In this document: piece by piece, positions 31,913-41,669 of the stretch
How positions within the stretch are numbered: position 1 is the stretch's first letter
How the letters are laid out: each line of letters opens with the position of its first letter
Source of the DNA: Hyphochytrium catenoides
Taxonomy: Eukaryota; Protista; Hyphochytriomycota
Length of the DNA stretch: 48,127 bases
Direction of reading: 5' to 3'
NCBI GenBank assembly: GCA_900088475.1
Contig: LT578416.1
Span: 1 to 48,127, forward strand
Translations under genes and position numbers: made by a program
Notes under the pieces: model-generated
Told to the model about the DNA's origin: nothing
What the model saw: the letters and a program-made list of their open reading frames with translations, nothing else
Database searches by the model: none

Positions 31913-31984
31913 TTGAAGTAAAAGGATTCGAACCTTTGATTGTCCGTACCAAAAACGGATGCCTTTCCACTTGGCTATACTTCA
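31913..31984 (-). tRNA. trnQ: tRNA-Gln(UUG)
   Basis: Cloverleaf, U1-A72, loop TTTTGGT. Confidence 0.95.
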
Positions 31985-32015
31985 TTTCTAAAAAAAATAA
32001 TAATATGCATCTCCC

Positions 32016-32090
32016 GGATCTGTAACTTAGTGGTTTTATAGTGCACGCCTGATAAGCGTGAAGTCAGTAGTTCGACTCTACTCAGATCCA
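32016..32090 (+). tRNA. trnI: tRNA-Ile(GAU)
   Basis: Loop CTGATAA. Confidence 0.95.
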
Positions 32091-32092
32091 TC

Positions 32093-32165
32093 GCCCTTTT
32101 CGTCTAGTTGGTCAGGACATTGCTCTTTCACAGCAAGAACACGGGTTCAAATCCCGTAATGGGTA
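32093..32165 (+). tRNA. trnE: tRNA-Glu(UUC)
   Basis: Loop CTTTCAC; one T:T mismatch in the acceptor stem. Confidence 0.93.
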
Positions 32166-32167
32166 TA

Positions 32168-32240
32168 AAGTGATTAGCTCAATTGGCAGAGTATTTCGTT
32201 TACACCGAAAATGTTAGCGGTTCGAATCCGTTATCACTTA
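32168..32240 (+). tRNA. trnV: tRNA-Val(UAC)
   Basis: Loop TTTACAC. Confidence 0.95.
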
Positions 32241-32273
32241 AAAAATTGAAACTGTTATGTTTATATAACACTT

Positions 32274-32345
32274 ACATCCTTAGCTCAGTGGTAGAGCTGT
32301 AGCCTTCTAAGCTGAAGGTCCCTGGTTCGAGTCCAGGAGGATGTA
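32274..32345 (+). tRNA. trnR: tRNA-Arg(UCU)
   Basis: Loop CTTCTAA. Confidence 0.95.
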
Positions 32346-32363
32346 GTTTTAATTGGTGACGTC

Positions 32364-32442
32364 ACTTCTGTGGTGAAAGGGTAGACACGGTGAATTCAAA
32401 ATTCATTGCGAAAGCGTACAGGTTCGAGTCCTGTTAGAAGTA
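32364..32442 (+). tRNA. trnL: tRNA-Leu(CAA)
   Basis: Loop TTCAAAA, variable arm GC-GAAA-GC. Confidence 0.92.
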
Positions 32443-32458
32443 ATTTCAAGTGCATTTT

Positions 32459-32532
32459 GGGAACATAGCTTAATTGGTTAGAGTATTAGCCTGTCACGTT
32501 AATGGTTGCGGGTTCAAATCCCGTTGTTCTCG
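32459..32532 (+). tRNA. trnD: tRNA-Asp(GUC)
   Basis: Loop CTGTCAC, G73. Confidence 0.95.
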
Positions 32533-33333
32533 ATGCGGGTATATAAAAGGAATCAAAAATTAAAAGAAAAAAACGTTTGTTGGGGTTCTATTTCCAGCCC
32601 CCTCGAACAGTTTGATATAATACCACTTTTTATTCTTTTATGGTTAGGTTTTGATATTTCAATTACAAATTCTACACTTTTTACTTTAATCGGTACTGGT
32701 TTTTTTATTTCATTGTCTTATATGGTTTTTTTATTAAATACATTTATTATTAATCATTGGCAATATGTTTTAAAAGAACATTTTTTTGTGGTATTAGGTT
32801 TAATTTCTGAAAATATTGGAGCTGCCGGTAAAAAATATTTTTCTTTAATTTTTGCTTTATTTTCTTTTATTCTTTTTTCAAATTTAATTGGAATGGTTCC
32901 TTATAGTTTTACGATTACAAGTCATTTAATTTTAACTTTTGGGTGTGCTTTATTATTTTTTTTAGGTATTAATTATATTGGGATTAAAAAACATAAACAA
33001 CATTTTTTGAGTCTTTTTTTACCAAGTGGTTCAACAGTCTTTCTTGCCTTAATTTTAATTCCGATTGAACTTATTTCATATTTATTTCGTGTTGTGAGTT
33101 TACCAGTACGTCTTTTCGCAAATATGATGGCAGGTCATACTCTATTAAAAGTTATTGCAGGATTTGCATGGACTATGATGGCGGCAAATGTCATTATTTT
33201 TTTTTTTCACTATATACCAACACTTTTATTAATTATTTTAATGGGTCTTGAATTAGGTGTTGGGATCATACAAGCTTATGTCTTTTCGATTTTAGTTTGT
33301 ATGTATCTGAATGATGCATTACATTTACATTAA
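32533..33333 (+). CDS. atp6: ATP synthase subunit 6 (a)
   Basis: SPLEQF, NLIGMVPYSFT, VRLFANMMAGH, IQAYVF; ATG abuts trnD. Confidence 0.98.
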   Translation: MRVYKRNQKLKEKNVCWGSISSPLEQFDIIPLFILLWLGFDISITNSTLFTLIGTGFFISLSYMVFLLNTFIINHWQYVLKEHFFVVLGLISENIGAAGKKYFSLIFALFSFILFSNLIGMVPYSFTITSHLILTFGCALLFFLGINYIGIKKHKQHFLSLFLPSGSTVFLALILIPIELISYLFRVVSLPVRLFANMMAGHTLLKVIAGFAWTMMAANVIIFFFHYIPTLLLIILMGLELGVGIIQAYVFSILVCMYLNDALHLH

Positions 33334-33379
33334 TTATTGAGAGTTTTTTTTATCAAAAGATGGTGTTTTTATTGTTATA

Positions 33380-33928
33380 ATGGTTCTAAAAAAAAAAAAA
33401 GAATTATATTACACAAATATTATTCTTAATTTTTGGGATTCACCTTTTTCGCCATCTGTAAGTGTTTTTTGTCATTTTTTAAAAAATACAGAAACTTCAA
33501 AAAAAAGACAATTAGTACCGCAAATGAATGAAATGCGATTTGTAAAAAAACAAATTTTTTTAAATTTTTTAAATCAAAAAACACACCAATTTTCATCTCG
33601 TATCAACGGACGTTTGCTAATTGCTTGTGGATCTTTTTCTACAATAAATGTTACAACTTTATTGCAAATGAATGCATTTAATTTCTCTTTTATTGGTATG
33701 AATTGGAAAAATTTTTATTTTTCTGATTCTTCTTTAAAAAGTATACATTTATTTAAAAAAATATTTCAAAGCAATGATTTCCCAGAATTAAATCAGAAAT
33801 TAACAGAATATTTTATTTATAATTTATTAATGGCAACAGTGCTTACAAATTTGAATCAATATTCTTTATTCAAATTAAAAACACTAATGCTTTTTTCTTC
33901 AAATAATTTGATAAGTCCTCAAAGATAA
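33380..33928 (+). CDS. ORF182, probable divergent ribosomal protein L10
   Basis: KKK-helix, VFCHF strand, FVKKQIFLNFL and INGRLLIA are spaced like the uL10 'vvKNtl..al...l.Gp..ia' pattern. Confidence 0.55.
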   Translation: MVLKKKKELYYTNIILNFWDSPFSPSVSVFCHFLKNTETSKKRQLVPQMNEMRFVKKQIFLNFLNQKTHQFSSRINGRLLIACGSFSTINVTTLLQMNAFNFSFIGMNWKNFYFSDSSLKSIHLFKKIFQSNDFPELNQKLTEYFIYNLLMATVLTNLNQYSLFKLKTLMLFSSNNLISPQR

Positions 33929-34007
33929 TAATCACATGGAAACATGTGGGACCCGACCTCTGTTTATTATCTTTCTAAAATTTTTTATGTTTTATTAATA
34001 AAAAAAA

Positions 34008-35486
34008 ATGATGAATAATCTCTTATTTTATGTTTTAATTGCACCGCTTTTTGCAGCTATTATAATTTTAATGACTCCAAAAAAATACGATAATTTTATT
34101 CGACAATTTGGATTATACGCAAGTTGGGGAATTTTTGGATTATCTTCATGGTTATGGTTTTTATTCAATGAAAATACTTCGAAATTTCAATTTTTAAAAT
34201 CTTTTCCTATTTTTGAAGAATATAATATTCATTTTGTTATAGGAATCGATGGTATTTCATTATTTTTTATACTACTAGTTACATTTCTTTTTCCTCTATG
34301 TATTTCGGGAAGTTTTAAAAAAATAAAACTTCATGAAAAAGAATATTTTCTATGTTTTTTTATTATGGAAAGTATGTTAATTGCAGTTTTTAGTTTATTG
34401 GATATTTTATTATTTTATGTTTTTTTTGAAAGTGTTTTAATCCCAATGTTTTTAATTATTATTATTTGGGGCTCGCGTGAACGAAAAGTACGTGCTGGTT
34501 ATTTATTATTTTTATACACATTAGTTGGATCTTTAATAATGTTATACGCTATTTTAGATATTCATGCTAAGTACGGTACAACAAATTATTTAATATTATT
34601 AACAACTACATTTCCGGAAACCTATCAACATTTTGTTTGGTTAGCTTTTTTTATTTCTTTTGCTATTAAAGTACCTATGGTTCCATTTCATTTATGGTTA
34701 CCAGAAGCCCATGTTGAAGCACCAACAATGGGTTCTGTAATTTTAGCTGGAATTCTTTTAAAATTAGGAACTTATGGTATTTTGCGTTTTTTAATTGCTC
34801 TTTTCCCACTTGCAACTCATTATTATACTCCATTTGCCTATACTCTTGCAAGTATTGGCGTTATTTACGCATCTTTAACAGCTATTCGTCAAAATGATAT
34901 GAAACGTATTATTGCTTATGCTTCTGTCGCACACATGAATTTAGTTGTCATGGGTTTATTTTCATTAACTATTCAAGGAATCGAGGGTGCAATTTTACAA
35001 AGTATTAGTCATGGTTTTGTTTCTAGTGCTTTATTTTTATGTGTAGGTGTTCTTTATGATCGTCACCATACTCGTTTATTAGAATATATAGGAGGTGTTG
35101 TTTTAATTATGCCAATTTTTTCTATTATTTTTTTATTTTTTACTATGGCTAATATTGCGTTTCCATTAACAAGTAGTTTTGTTGGGGAATTTTTAATTCT
35201 TGTAGGAGTTTTTGAAAGCAATACTTTTGTTGCTGTTTTAGGATCAACTGGTATGGTTTTAGGAACGATTTATTCTTTATGGCTTTATAATCGAATTTGT
35301 TTTGGACAAATTAAAGAAAAATATATTAAACAATTTTCTGATTTAACTCATGAAGAATTATCTGTATTTGTTCCTCTAATTTTTGCGACATTATTTTTAG
35401 GGATATATCCCCGTTTGTTATTAAAAGCATTGCATTTTTCTGTTATTGCCTTGATCAGCCATACGACAATGCATATGTTTTTATGA
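34008..35486 (+). CDS. nad4: NADH dehydrogenase subunit 4
   Basis: GIDGISL, KVPMVPFHLWLPEAHVEAPT.GSVILAG, SHGFVSSALF; TGA stop. Confidence 0.99.
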   Translation: MMNNLLFYVLIAPLFAAIIILMTPKKYDNFIRQFGLYASWGIFGLSSWLWFLFNENTSKFQFLKSFPIFEEYNIHFVIGIDGISLFFILLVTFLFPLCISGSFKKIKLHEKEYFLCFFIMESMLIAVFSLLDILLFYVFFESVLIPMFLIIIIWGSRERKVRAGYLLFLYTLVGSLIMLYAILDIHAKYGTTNYLILLTTTFPETYQHFVWLAFFISFAIKVPMVPFHLWLPEAHVEAPTMGSVILAGILLKLGTYGILRFLIALFPLATHYYTPFAYTLASIGVIYASLTAIRQNDMKRIIAYASVAHMNLVVMGLFSLTIQGIEGAILQSISHGFVSSALFLCVGVLYDRHHTRLLEYIGGVVLIMPIFSIIFLFFTMANIAFPLTSSFVGEFLILVGVFESNTFVAVLGSTGMVLGTIYSLWLYNRICFGQIKEKYIKQFSDLTHEELSVFVPLIFATLFLGIYPRLLLKALHFSVIALISHTTMHMFL

Positions 35487-35589
35487 TTTCAAATATGTAC
35501 TTTATGGCAATATTAACGCATGATATTTGGTTGACACTTCAACATTTAATATTGTATTTCTAAAACGTTTATCGATTAATGAGGAATTT

Positions 35590-35955
35590 ATGTTAAAAAC
35601 AAAATATAATTATTTTTTTTTATTTATTTTTTTACTATTTAGTTTATTTTTAACGGCATTAATTTTTTCATTGTCTTATTTTATTGCAAATCAAAATGAA
35701 GATATTGAAAAAGTATCTCCGTATGAATGTGGTTTTGATCCTTTTGAGGATGCGCGAAACCAAGTAGATATTCATTTTTATTTAGTTGCAATTTTATTTA
35801 TTATATTTGATATTGAAGCCGCATATTTATACCCTTGGGCAGTTTCTTTAGCTAATTTAGATTCGTCTAGTTTATGGGTATTTATTGATTTTCTTGTTGA
35901 ACTAGCTGTTGGTTTAGTTTATGCATGGAAATGCGGTGCTTTAGATTGGGAATAA
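35590..35955 (+). CDS. nad3: NADH dehydrogenase subunit 3
   Basis: [31 protein letters not shown]. Confidence 0.98.
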   Translation: MLKTKYNYFFLFIFLLFSLFLTALIFSLSYFIANQNEDIEKVSPYECGFDPFEDARNQVDIHFYLVAILFIIFDIEAAYLYPWAVSLANLDSSSLWVFIDFLVELAVGLVYAWKCGALDWE

Positions 35956-36062
35956 TGTTAAATTCAAGTTCATTTTTTTTTTTTCAATTTAACATTTCAT
36001 TAAATTTATTTTTTAACTCATATGTTCTATTCCTGTTTATAAAATTTATTATTCAACAATTT

Positions 36063-36866
36063 ATGATGAAAAAATATCAAACATTACATCCATATCATAT
36101 TGTAGATAAAAGCCCATGGCCTTTTTTATCAAGTATTTGCGTTTTTTCATTAACAGTAGGAGGTGTTGCTTATATGCATTTTTATCTTAAAGGAAAAACT
36201 TTGTTTTTTATGAGCCTTCTGTCTTTAACTTATGTTTTATCAAAATGGTGGAGAGATATTATTCGTGAAGGAACTTTCGAGGGACAACATACACGTGCCG
36301 TTCAAAAAAGTCTTCGAATTGGTATGATTTTATTTATTGTTTCAGAAATTATGCTTTTTTTTGCTTTTTTTTGGGGATTTTTTCATTCAGCTTTAGCACC
36401 AGTACCTGAAATTGGATCGGTATGGCCTCCTTTAGGTATTGAAACACTATCTCCATGGGGAATTCCGTTATTAAATACTTTAATTTTATTAACTTCAGGA
36501 GCAACAATTACTGTAGCACATCATGCTATTGTTGCAGGTAAATATGACTGGGCAGTTTTTTCTCTTTTAGCCACAATTGGTTTAGGAATAATTTTTACTT
36601 TTTTACAATATGAAGAATATAAACATACCACTTTTACAATGGCAGATGGTGTATATGGTTCTACATTTTTTTCTTTAACAGGTTTACATGGATTTCATGT
36701 TTTAATAGGAACTATTTTTATTGCTGTGACCACATCAAGAGTTTTTCTTGGCCATTTTTCCCGACAACACCATTTTGGCTTTGAAGCCAGTGCGTGGTAT
36801 TGGCATTTTGTTGATGTAGTATGGATTTTACTTTACATCACAATTTACTGGTGGGGCGGTAAATAA
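36063..36866 (+). CDS. cox3: Cytochrome c oxidase subunit 3
   Basis: HPYHIVD.SPWP, TGLHGFHV, WYWHFVDVVW. Confidence 0.99.
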   Translation: MMKKYQTLHPYHIVDKSPWPFLSSICVFSLTVGGVAYMHFYLKGKTLFFMSLLSLTYVLSKWWRDIIREGTFEGQHTRAVQKSLRIGMILFIVSEIMLFFAFFWGFFHSALAPVPEIGSVWPPLGIETLSPWGIPLLNTLILLTSGATITVAHHAIVAGKYDWAVFSLLATIGLGIIFTFLQYEEYKHTTFTMADGVYGSTFFSLTGLHGFHVLIGTIFIAVTTSRVFLGHFSRQHHFGFEASAWYWHFVDVVWILLYITIYWWGGK

Positions 36867-36872
36867 TATTAC

Positions 36873-37919
36873 ATGACGAAAATGATGAAAATGATGAAAA
36901 TGACGACAATGTTACAAAATTATAAAAACAAAATTCTAATATATTTTCAAATTTTCCCTTTTTTTTTCGTCTTGTTTGCATTTTTTTTCCTAACAAGTTA
37001 TGGGATTTTATTCTATTTTTTGGTAAACCGTTCTTCAGAAACAGCAGAAATTTTGACGGCTCATTTAAATTTTTGTTTATCTGATGGTTACATAAATTTA
37101 AAAGAAGAAGAACAATCTTCAAAATCATCTAACATTGAAATCATTCGTGTTCAAAAAAATTATGTTCTTCAAGTAAATACAGAAACGGCTGATATTACAA
37201 TAACATTGACCGATGAAATGCAAGAGGAATTAACTCGAAATATGAGTATAAAAACGAACCTCGAAAATATTATGGAAGATTTTAAAAATCCTGAATATCG
37301 TCAAAAATTTATGAGCCACCCTCTGATGGATAAAGCTATTATGAATTTGCAAAAATCTTTTGAACTTTCAAAACAAGATAATATAGATCCAAAAACTTTT
37401 CTAATCGTGGCTTTTGTAACTATAGGTCTTTCAATTGCTGGTGGATATTACATTCATTATTCTTTTAAAAATGAAATCATGTCTTTTTTAAATTCTTTAA
37501 ATTTAAACAAAAATGATATGTCTTCTATTGCAGATCAAGAAAAAGCTATAAAAAATTTTATAAAAAGTTGTTTTGAAACACAGATTGCTTTGCTTAAAGA
37601 GGAACTGTCTGCACTGAAACAAGAATCCATTCCTGTTGGAAAGATATTAGTAGGTCAAAAAGGAATATTTGATCAAGATCAAAAATTGTTTAAACTGACT
37701 ATGTCACGTTTTTCAGTTTTTGATGCTCGTATAACAAATTTAGAGGGTGCTATACAAAATTTAGATTCTCTTGTTTTAAATTTAGAAACCCTTTTAAATA
37801 TACAAGAAAAAATTTTAAAATCTGTCGCAGCAAAAAAAGAAGAATCATTTGATAAAAATGATATTATAATTAGTATCGTATCAGAAATTTTTGATATGTT
37901 GAAATCTAAAAAAAAATAA
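36873..37919 (+). CDS. Orphan ORF348, two TM helices plus coiled-coil tail, paralog of ORF310
   Basis: 348-codon frame; shares FKNPEYR.KF..HP and IHYSFKNEI.SFLNSLNL with ORF310. Confidence 0.8.
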   Translation: MTKMMKMMKMTTMLQNYKNKILIYFQIFPFFFVLFAFFFLTSYGILFYFLVNRSSETAEILTAHLNFCLSDGYINLKEEEQSSKSSNIEIIRVQKNYVLQVNTETADITITLTDEMQEELTRNMSIKTNLENIMEDFKNPEYRQKFMSHPLMDKAIMNLQKSFELSKQDNIDPKTFLIVAFVTIGLSIAGGYYIHYSFKNEIMSFLNSLNLNKNDMSSIADQEKAIKNFIKSCFETQIALLKEELSALKQESIPVGKILVGQKGIFDQDQKLFKLTMSRFSVFDARITNLEGAIQNLDSLVLNLETLLNIQEKILKSVAAKKEESFDKNDIIISIVSEIFDMLKSKKK

Positions 37920-38011
37920 CAACCTTCCCTTTTATTTTATAAACGGAGCCTATCGACCGACAGATAGTCCCCGTTCTCTTCTCCTATTTCCTTTCCCGTA
38001 TTAGACTATAA

Positions 38012-38944
38012 ATGATTTTTTTTCCGAACCAGTTACAAGAAAAGTGGTACTATTGGTACCATACCCTTAAAATTTCATCAACGGTTTTTTTCTTATTTTT
38101 ATTTCTGGTGATCCTTATTTTAAATATCGTAAGTCGTCAAAGCTTTTTTGACAATGCAGAAAATTTCATAGTTTCTTTAAACTCTATTTTATCTGAAGGG
38201 TCGTTAATTTTGGATGAACATGAGAATTCAACTAATTTAACAAATGAGACTAAAGAAAATACTGCAATATCTGACGATATTCAAAAGGAAGAAATTGAAA
38301 CTCCAGAAGATTCTATAAAAATGACTTTAGATGACATTTTGGAAAATTTTAAAGATCCAGAATATCGTAAAAAGTTTATTAATCATCCTGCCGTAGAAAA
38401 AGCTGTTTTTAATTTACAAAAAGCTATTGAAAATACAAAACAAGAGGATATTGATATAAAAGTTTTTCTAGGGATAACCGCTATATGTGTAATTGTTACA
38501 CTTGCTGGTACAATTATAATACACTATTCTTTTAAAAACGAAATCATATCTTTTTTAAATTCTTTAAATTTAAAAAAAGATGATAGTTCGATGTCTAATC
38601 TAGAAAAAGCTTTAAAAGATTTTATACAAAGTTGCTTACAAACTCACTCAGAAATCTTAAAACAAGAAGCTGATCATATTAAAGAAATTTTAAATAATCA
38701 AGAGGTAAATAAGAATTTAACAGATGTTCTAATTAACCGTCTTTATGTTATTAATGATCAAATCAAAAATGTTGTCAGTTCACTAAAGAGGTTGGAAGAC
38801 TTTGAGAAAAGTATCAATAAGCTTTTAAAAGCGCAACAACCAATTTTTATAGATTTAATAGCGAAAAATGACGCTGCTTGTGAAAAAGTGGATGCTGTTC
38901 ATAATGTACTTTCTCAATTGCTACAATCGAGACCGAGAAAATAA
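38012..38944 (+). CDS. Orphan ORF310, tandem paralog of ORF348
   Basis: 310-codon frame with the same architecture and motifs. Confidence 0.8.
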   Translation: MIFFPNQLQEKWYYWYHTLKISSTVFFLFLFLVILILNIVSRQSFFDNAENFIVSLNSILSEGSLILDEHENSTNLTNETKENTAISDDIQKEEIETPEDSIKMTLDDILENFKDPEYRKKFINHPAVEKAVFNLQKAIENTKQEDIDIKVFLGITAICVIVTLAGTIIIHYSFKNEIISFLNSLNLKKDDSSMSNLEKALKDFIQSCLQTHSEILKQEADHIKEILNNQEVNKNLTDVLINRLYVINDQIKNVVSSLKRLEDFEKSINKLLKAQQPIFIDLIAKNDAACEKVDAVHNVLSQLLQSRPRK

Positions 38945-38993
38945 ATTTTGCACATTACTGTATGTATCGATGATTTAACTTTTAAAAATGTTT
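38938..38993 (+). repeat. Copy of the atp8 stop/3' flank (6317-6372)
   Basis: 56 bp, 3 mismatches, begins at the stop codon in both places. Confidence 0.9.
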
Positions 38994-39039
38994 AATTAGA
39001 TTTAAATTATATTTTTTTTTATTATAATAAAATAACATC

Positions 39040-39110
39040 CCGAGTTTTTGTTCCGGTTCAAAATACTTAAACTTCTTTTAGTATCTTTGGGCTCAAATCC
39101 CATACTCGTT
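39040..39110 (+). ncRNA. tRNA-like element 2
   Basis: CGAGT/ACTCG acceptor core; TTTG/CAAA arm with TTCCGGTT loop; ATACT/AGTAT arm; TGGG-CTCAAAT-CCCA T-arm. Confidence 0.6.
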
Positions 39111-39304
39111 AAATATCTATGTCAAAAAATATTTAAAAAACTTAATATATTGAAACATATTTTTGTTGCAAAACAATCTAAGTCAATGTTTTATTTCGGT
39201 GGGGGTAAAACATCAACCGACTTCTTCAAAAAAAAATGTCCCGACGGCATTTTGCCTTTTTTTTTTGTTGAAGTACCTGCCTTTTTTTTCAAATTTTAAA
39301 AACT

Positions 39305-40792
39305 ATGATGATTTTTGAATTTTATTATTTAATTGTTCTTTTGTTCGGATTAATTTATTTTGTTATAATTTCAAATAAAATAGTTAGAAATTATCATCTT
39401 GCGTGTTATTTTGGTATTTTATTACTTTTCAATGGTTTTTTGATTACTTCATATGAATCTGGAACTATTCCTCAAATTTTTTTTGAAGGTTCCTTTATTT
39501 TAGATACGTTAGCAAAATACGGTAAAAATTTAATTTGTTTTATTTCCATTCTATGTTTTTTAATTAATTCCGTTTTTGTAAAAAAAACTGATGGTTCTTT
39601 TGAATATATTTTTATACATCTTTTTGCTATTTATGGTATGTGTTTATTGGTTGGTGCATATGATTTTATTTTAATTTATTTAGCTATTGAATTACAAAGT
39701 TTAAATTTATATATTTTAGCTACAAGCCGACCTAAATCTGCATATTCTGTCGAAGCTGGAATTAAATATTTTATTTTAGGTTCATTAGCTTCGGGTATCC
39801 TTGTATTTGGTTTAGCATTGATTTACCTAGCAACAGGTATGCATACTTTAGGTGATTTATCAACGTACATGTCTTCATACGCATCCATTTCTTTAGAAAA
39901 TGATGATTTACTATTATATCCTCCATTATTTGTTTTTGTTGGTATTGGCTTATTTTTATGTGGTTTATTATTTAAACTTGGAGCAGCACCTTTCCATACT
40001 TGGGTAGCTGATGTTTATGAAGGTGCTCCATTGCATATTACCATGTTTTTTGCTTCTGTTCCTAAAATTGCCATTTTATTTTTTCTAGTACGTTTTTGTG
40101 GTATTATTTTATCTGATTGTATTTATGTTTGGAGTTCAATTATTGCAATGTCATCATTATTCTCTTTTTTATTTGGGAGTTTAGGTGGTATGTATCAATT
40201 TAAATTAAAAAGATTATTTGCATTTAGTTCTATCAATCATGTTGGTTATATGCTTATAGGTTTGTTAACATACAGTCAATTGGGATTAAGTGGTTTAATT
40301 TTATATTTAGTCGTTTATGTTTTGGGTGTTTTGGGATTATGGATTTTATTAATGTCTTTTGAACAATCAAATATTTCTAATAAATTTGTTCCGAAATCGA
40401 TTCAATATATTACAGATTTAGTAGGATTAGGAAAAATACATCGTTTTTTTGCAATTCTTTTTGTTATTTTTTTATTTTCAATGGGAGGTATCCCCCCATT
40501 TGGCGGTTTTTATATTAAAGCTTATTTATTTTTCGGTGCATTAGATTCAAAATTAAATGCTTTGATTTTTTTTGCAATATTATCAAGTATGGTTTCAATT
40601 TTTTATTATTTACGTCTTGTAAAAATTATTTATTTTAAACCAAAAAATATGAGAGAATCAAAACTTTTATATATGCCTCAAATTAAAAGTGAAATGGCTT
40701 GGATTTTATCTTTTATTTTAGTTTTTTTAGTTTTTTTTCTTTTTGCTTCTGAAACATTACTTTATTTTTGTCAAGATTTAATAGCATTCTAA
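39305..40792 (+). CDS. nad2: NADH dehydrogenase subunit 2
   Basis: EAGIKYFILG, FKLGAAPFH.W..DVYEGAP, SMGGIPPF.GF. Confidence 0.98.
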   Translation: MMIFEFYYLIVLLFGLIYFVIISNKIVRNYHLACYFGILLLFNGFLITSYESGTIPQIFFEGSFILDTLAKYGKNLICFISILCFLINSVFVKKTDGSFEYIFIHLFAIYGMCLLVGAYDFILIYLAIELQSLNLYILATSRPKSAYSVEAGIKYFILGSLASGILVFGLALIYLATGMHTLGDLSTYMSSYASISLENDDLLLYPPLFVFVGIGLFLCGLLFKLGAAPFHTWVADVYEGAPLHITMFFASVPKIAILFFLVRFCGIILSDCIYVWSSIIAMSSLFSFLFGSLGGMYQFKLKRLFAFSSINHVGYMLIGLLTYSQLGLSGLILYLVVYVLGVLGLWILLMSFEQSNISNKFVPKSIQYITDLVGLGKIHRFFAILFVIFLFSMGGIPPFGGFYIKAYLFFGALDSKLNALIFFAILSSMVSIFYYLRLVKIIYFKPKNMRESKLLYMPQIKSEMAWILSFILVFLVFFLFASETLLYFCQDLIAF

Positions 40793-40989
40793 GATCTTGT
40801 ATTTTTAAAACAAAATTATAATCGTAATTAAACATTCTTATTTTCTTTAATATGATTAACCTTATATATCCGTCATATATATTTTTTCTATGAAAAAAAG
40901 AAAATTCATAAAAATTTTATATTTTGTTTTTTGTTGTTAAGTGTTTTAGAAGGAAATTCACTTTTTTTAATTTCTATATTTTATTTTTT

Positions 40990-41559
40990 ATGAAAAACAA
41001 ATCGAATCATTTACTAAAGCAAGAATTTATTAATTATTTGCAACGTGTGCTACCAATCTATTCTTGGTATATCCAACATAATGAATTGTATCTTTATGTT
41101 CCACCATCATTAATTCAAAAGATAGTATTTTTCCTTAAATACCATAGTTTAACTCAATATAAAATTTTAGTAGATATCGCTGGTGTAGATTATCCAACAA
41201 AAGGGTTCGATCGTTTTGATGTTGTTTATCATTTTTTAAGTATTCATAGTCATTCACGAATTTCTTTAAAAATTCGTGTAAATGAAGTGGTTCCTATTCC
41301 TACACTTATAGAGGAATTTCCTAATGCAAATTGGTTAGAGCGCGAAGTGTTTGATATGTTTGGTGTAAGATTTGAAGGTCATCCAGATTTACGTCGTATT
41401 TTAACAGATTATGGTTTTAAAGGACATCCTTTACGTAAAGATTTTCCATTAGTTGGTTTTTATGAATTAAAATATGATAATATTAGTTCACGTATTCTTT
41501 ATGAATCGATTGAACTTGACCAAAATCCTAAAATGGAAATACAATATTCGCCTTCTTAG
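40990..41559 (+). CDS. nad9: NADH dehydrogenase subunit 9
   Basis: WLEREVFDMFG, HPDLRRILTDYGF.GHPLRKDFPL. Confidence 0.98.
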   Translation: MKNKSNHLLKQEFINYLQRVLPIYSWYIQHNELYLYVPPSLIQKIVFFLKYHSLTQYKILVDIAGVDYPTKGFDRFDVVYHFLSIHSHSRISLKIRVNEVVPIPTLIEEFPNANWLEREVFDMFGVRFEGHPDLRRILTDYGFKGHPLRKDFPLVGFYELKYDNISSRILYESIELDQNPKMEIQYSPS

Positions 41560-41613
41560 GATTAAGGTTTTAATTTTTTTTTTTCTGATATATTTATTTT
41601 TAAATTCGTTTTT

Positions 41614-41633
41614 TTGCGTAAAATTTTACGCAA
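41614..41633. repeat. Perfect 20-bp palindrome upstream of cox2
   Basis: ttgcgtaaaa|ttttacgcaa. Confidence 0.9.
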
Positions 41634-41669
41634 TCTTGAATCTCTTTTTTTTATGAAATAACGTAATCA

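Noticed and set aside
39048-39299. 83-aa ORF before nad2 and 60-aa ORF at 41474-41656 as tatA or other small genes
   Set aside because: The first has a TTG start and overlaps structured elements; the second overlaps nad9; neither has recognisable motifs
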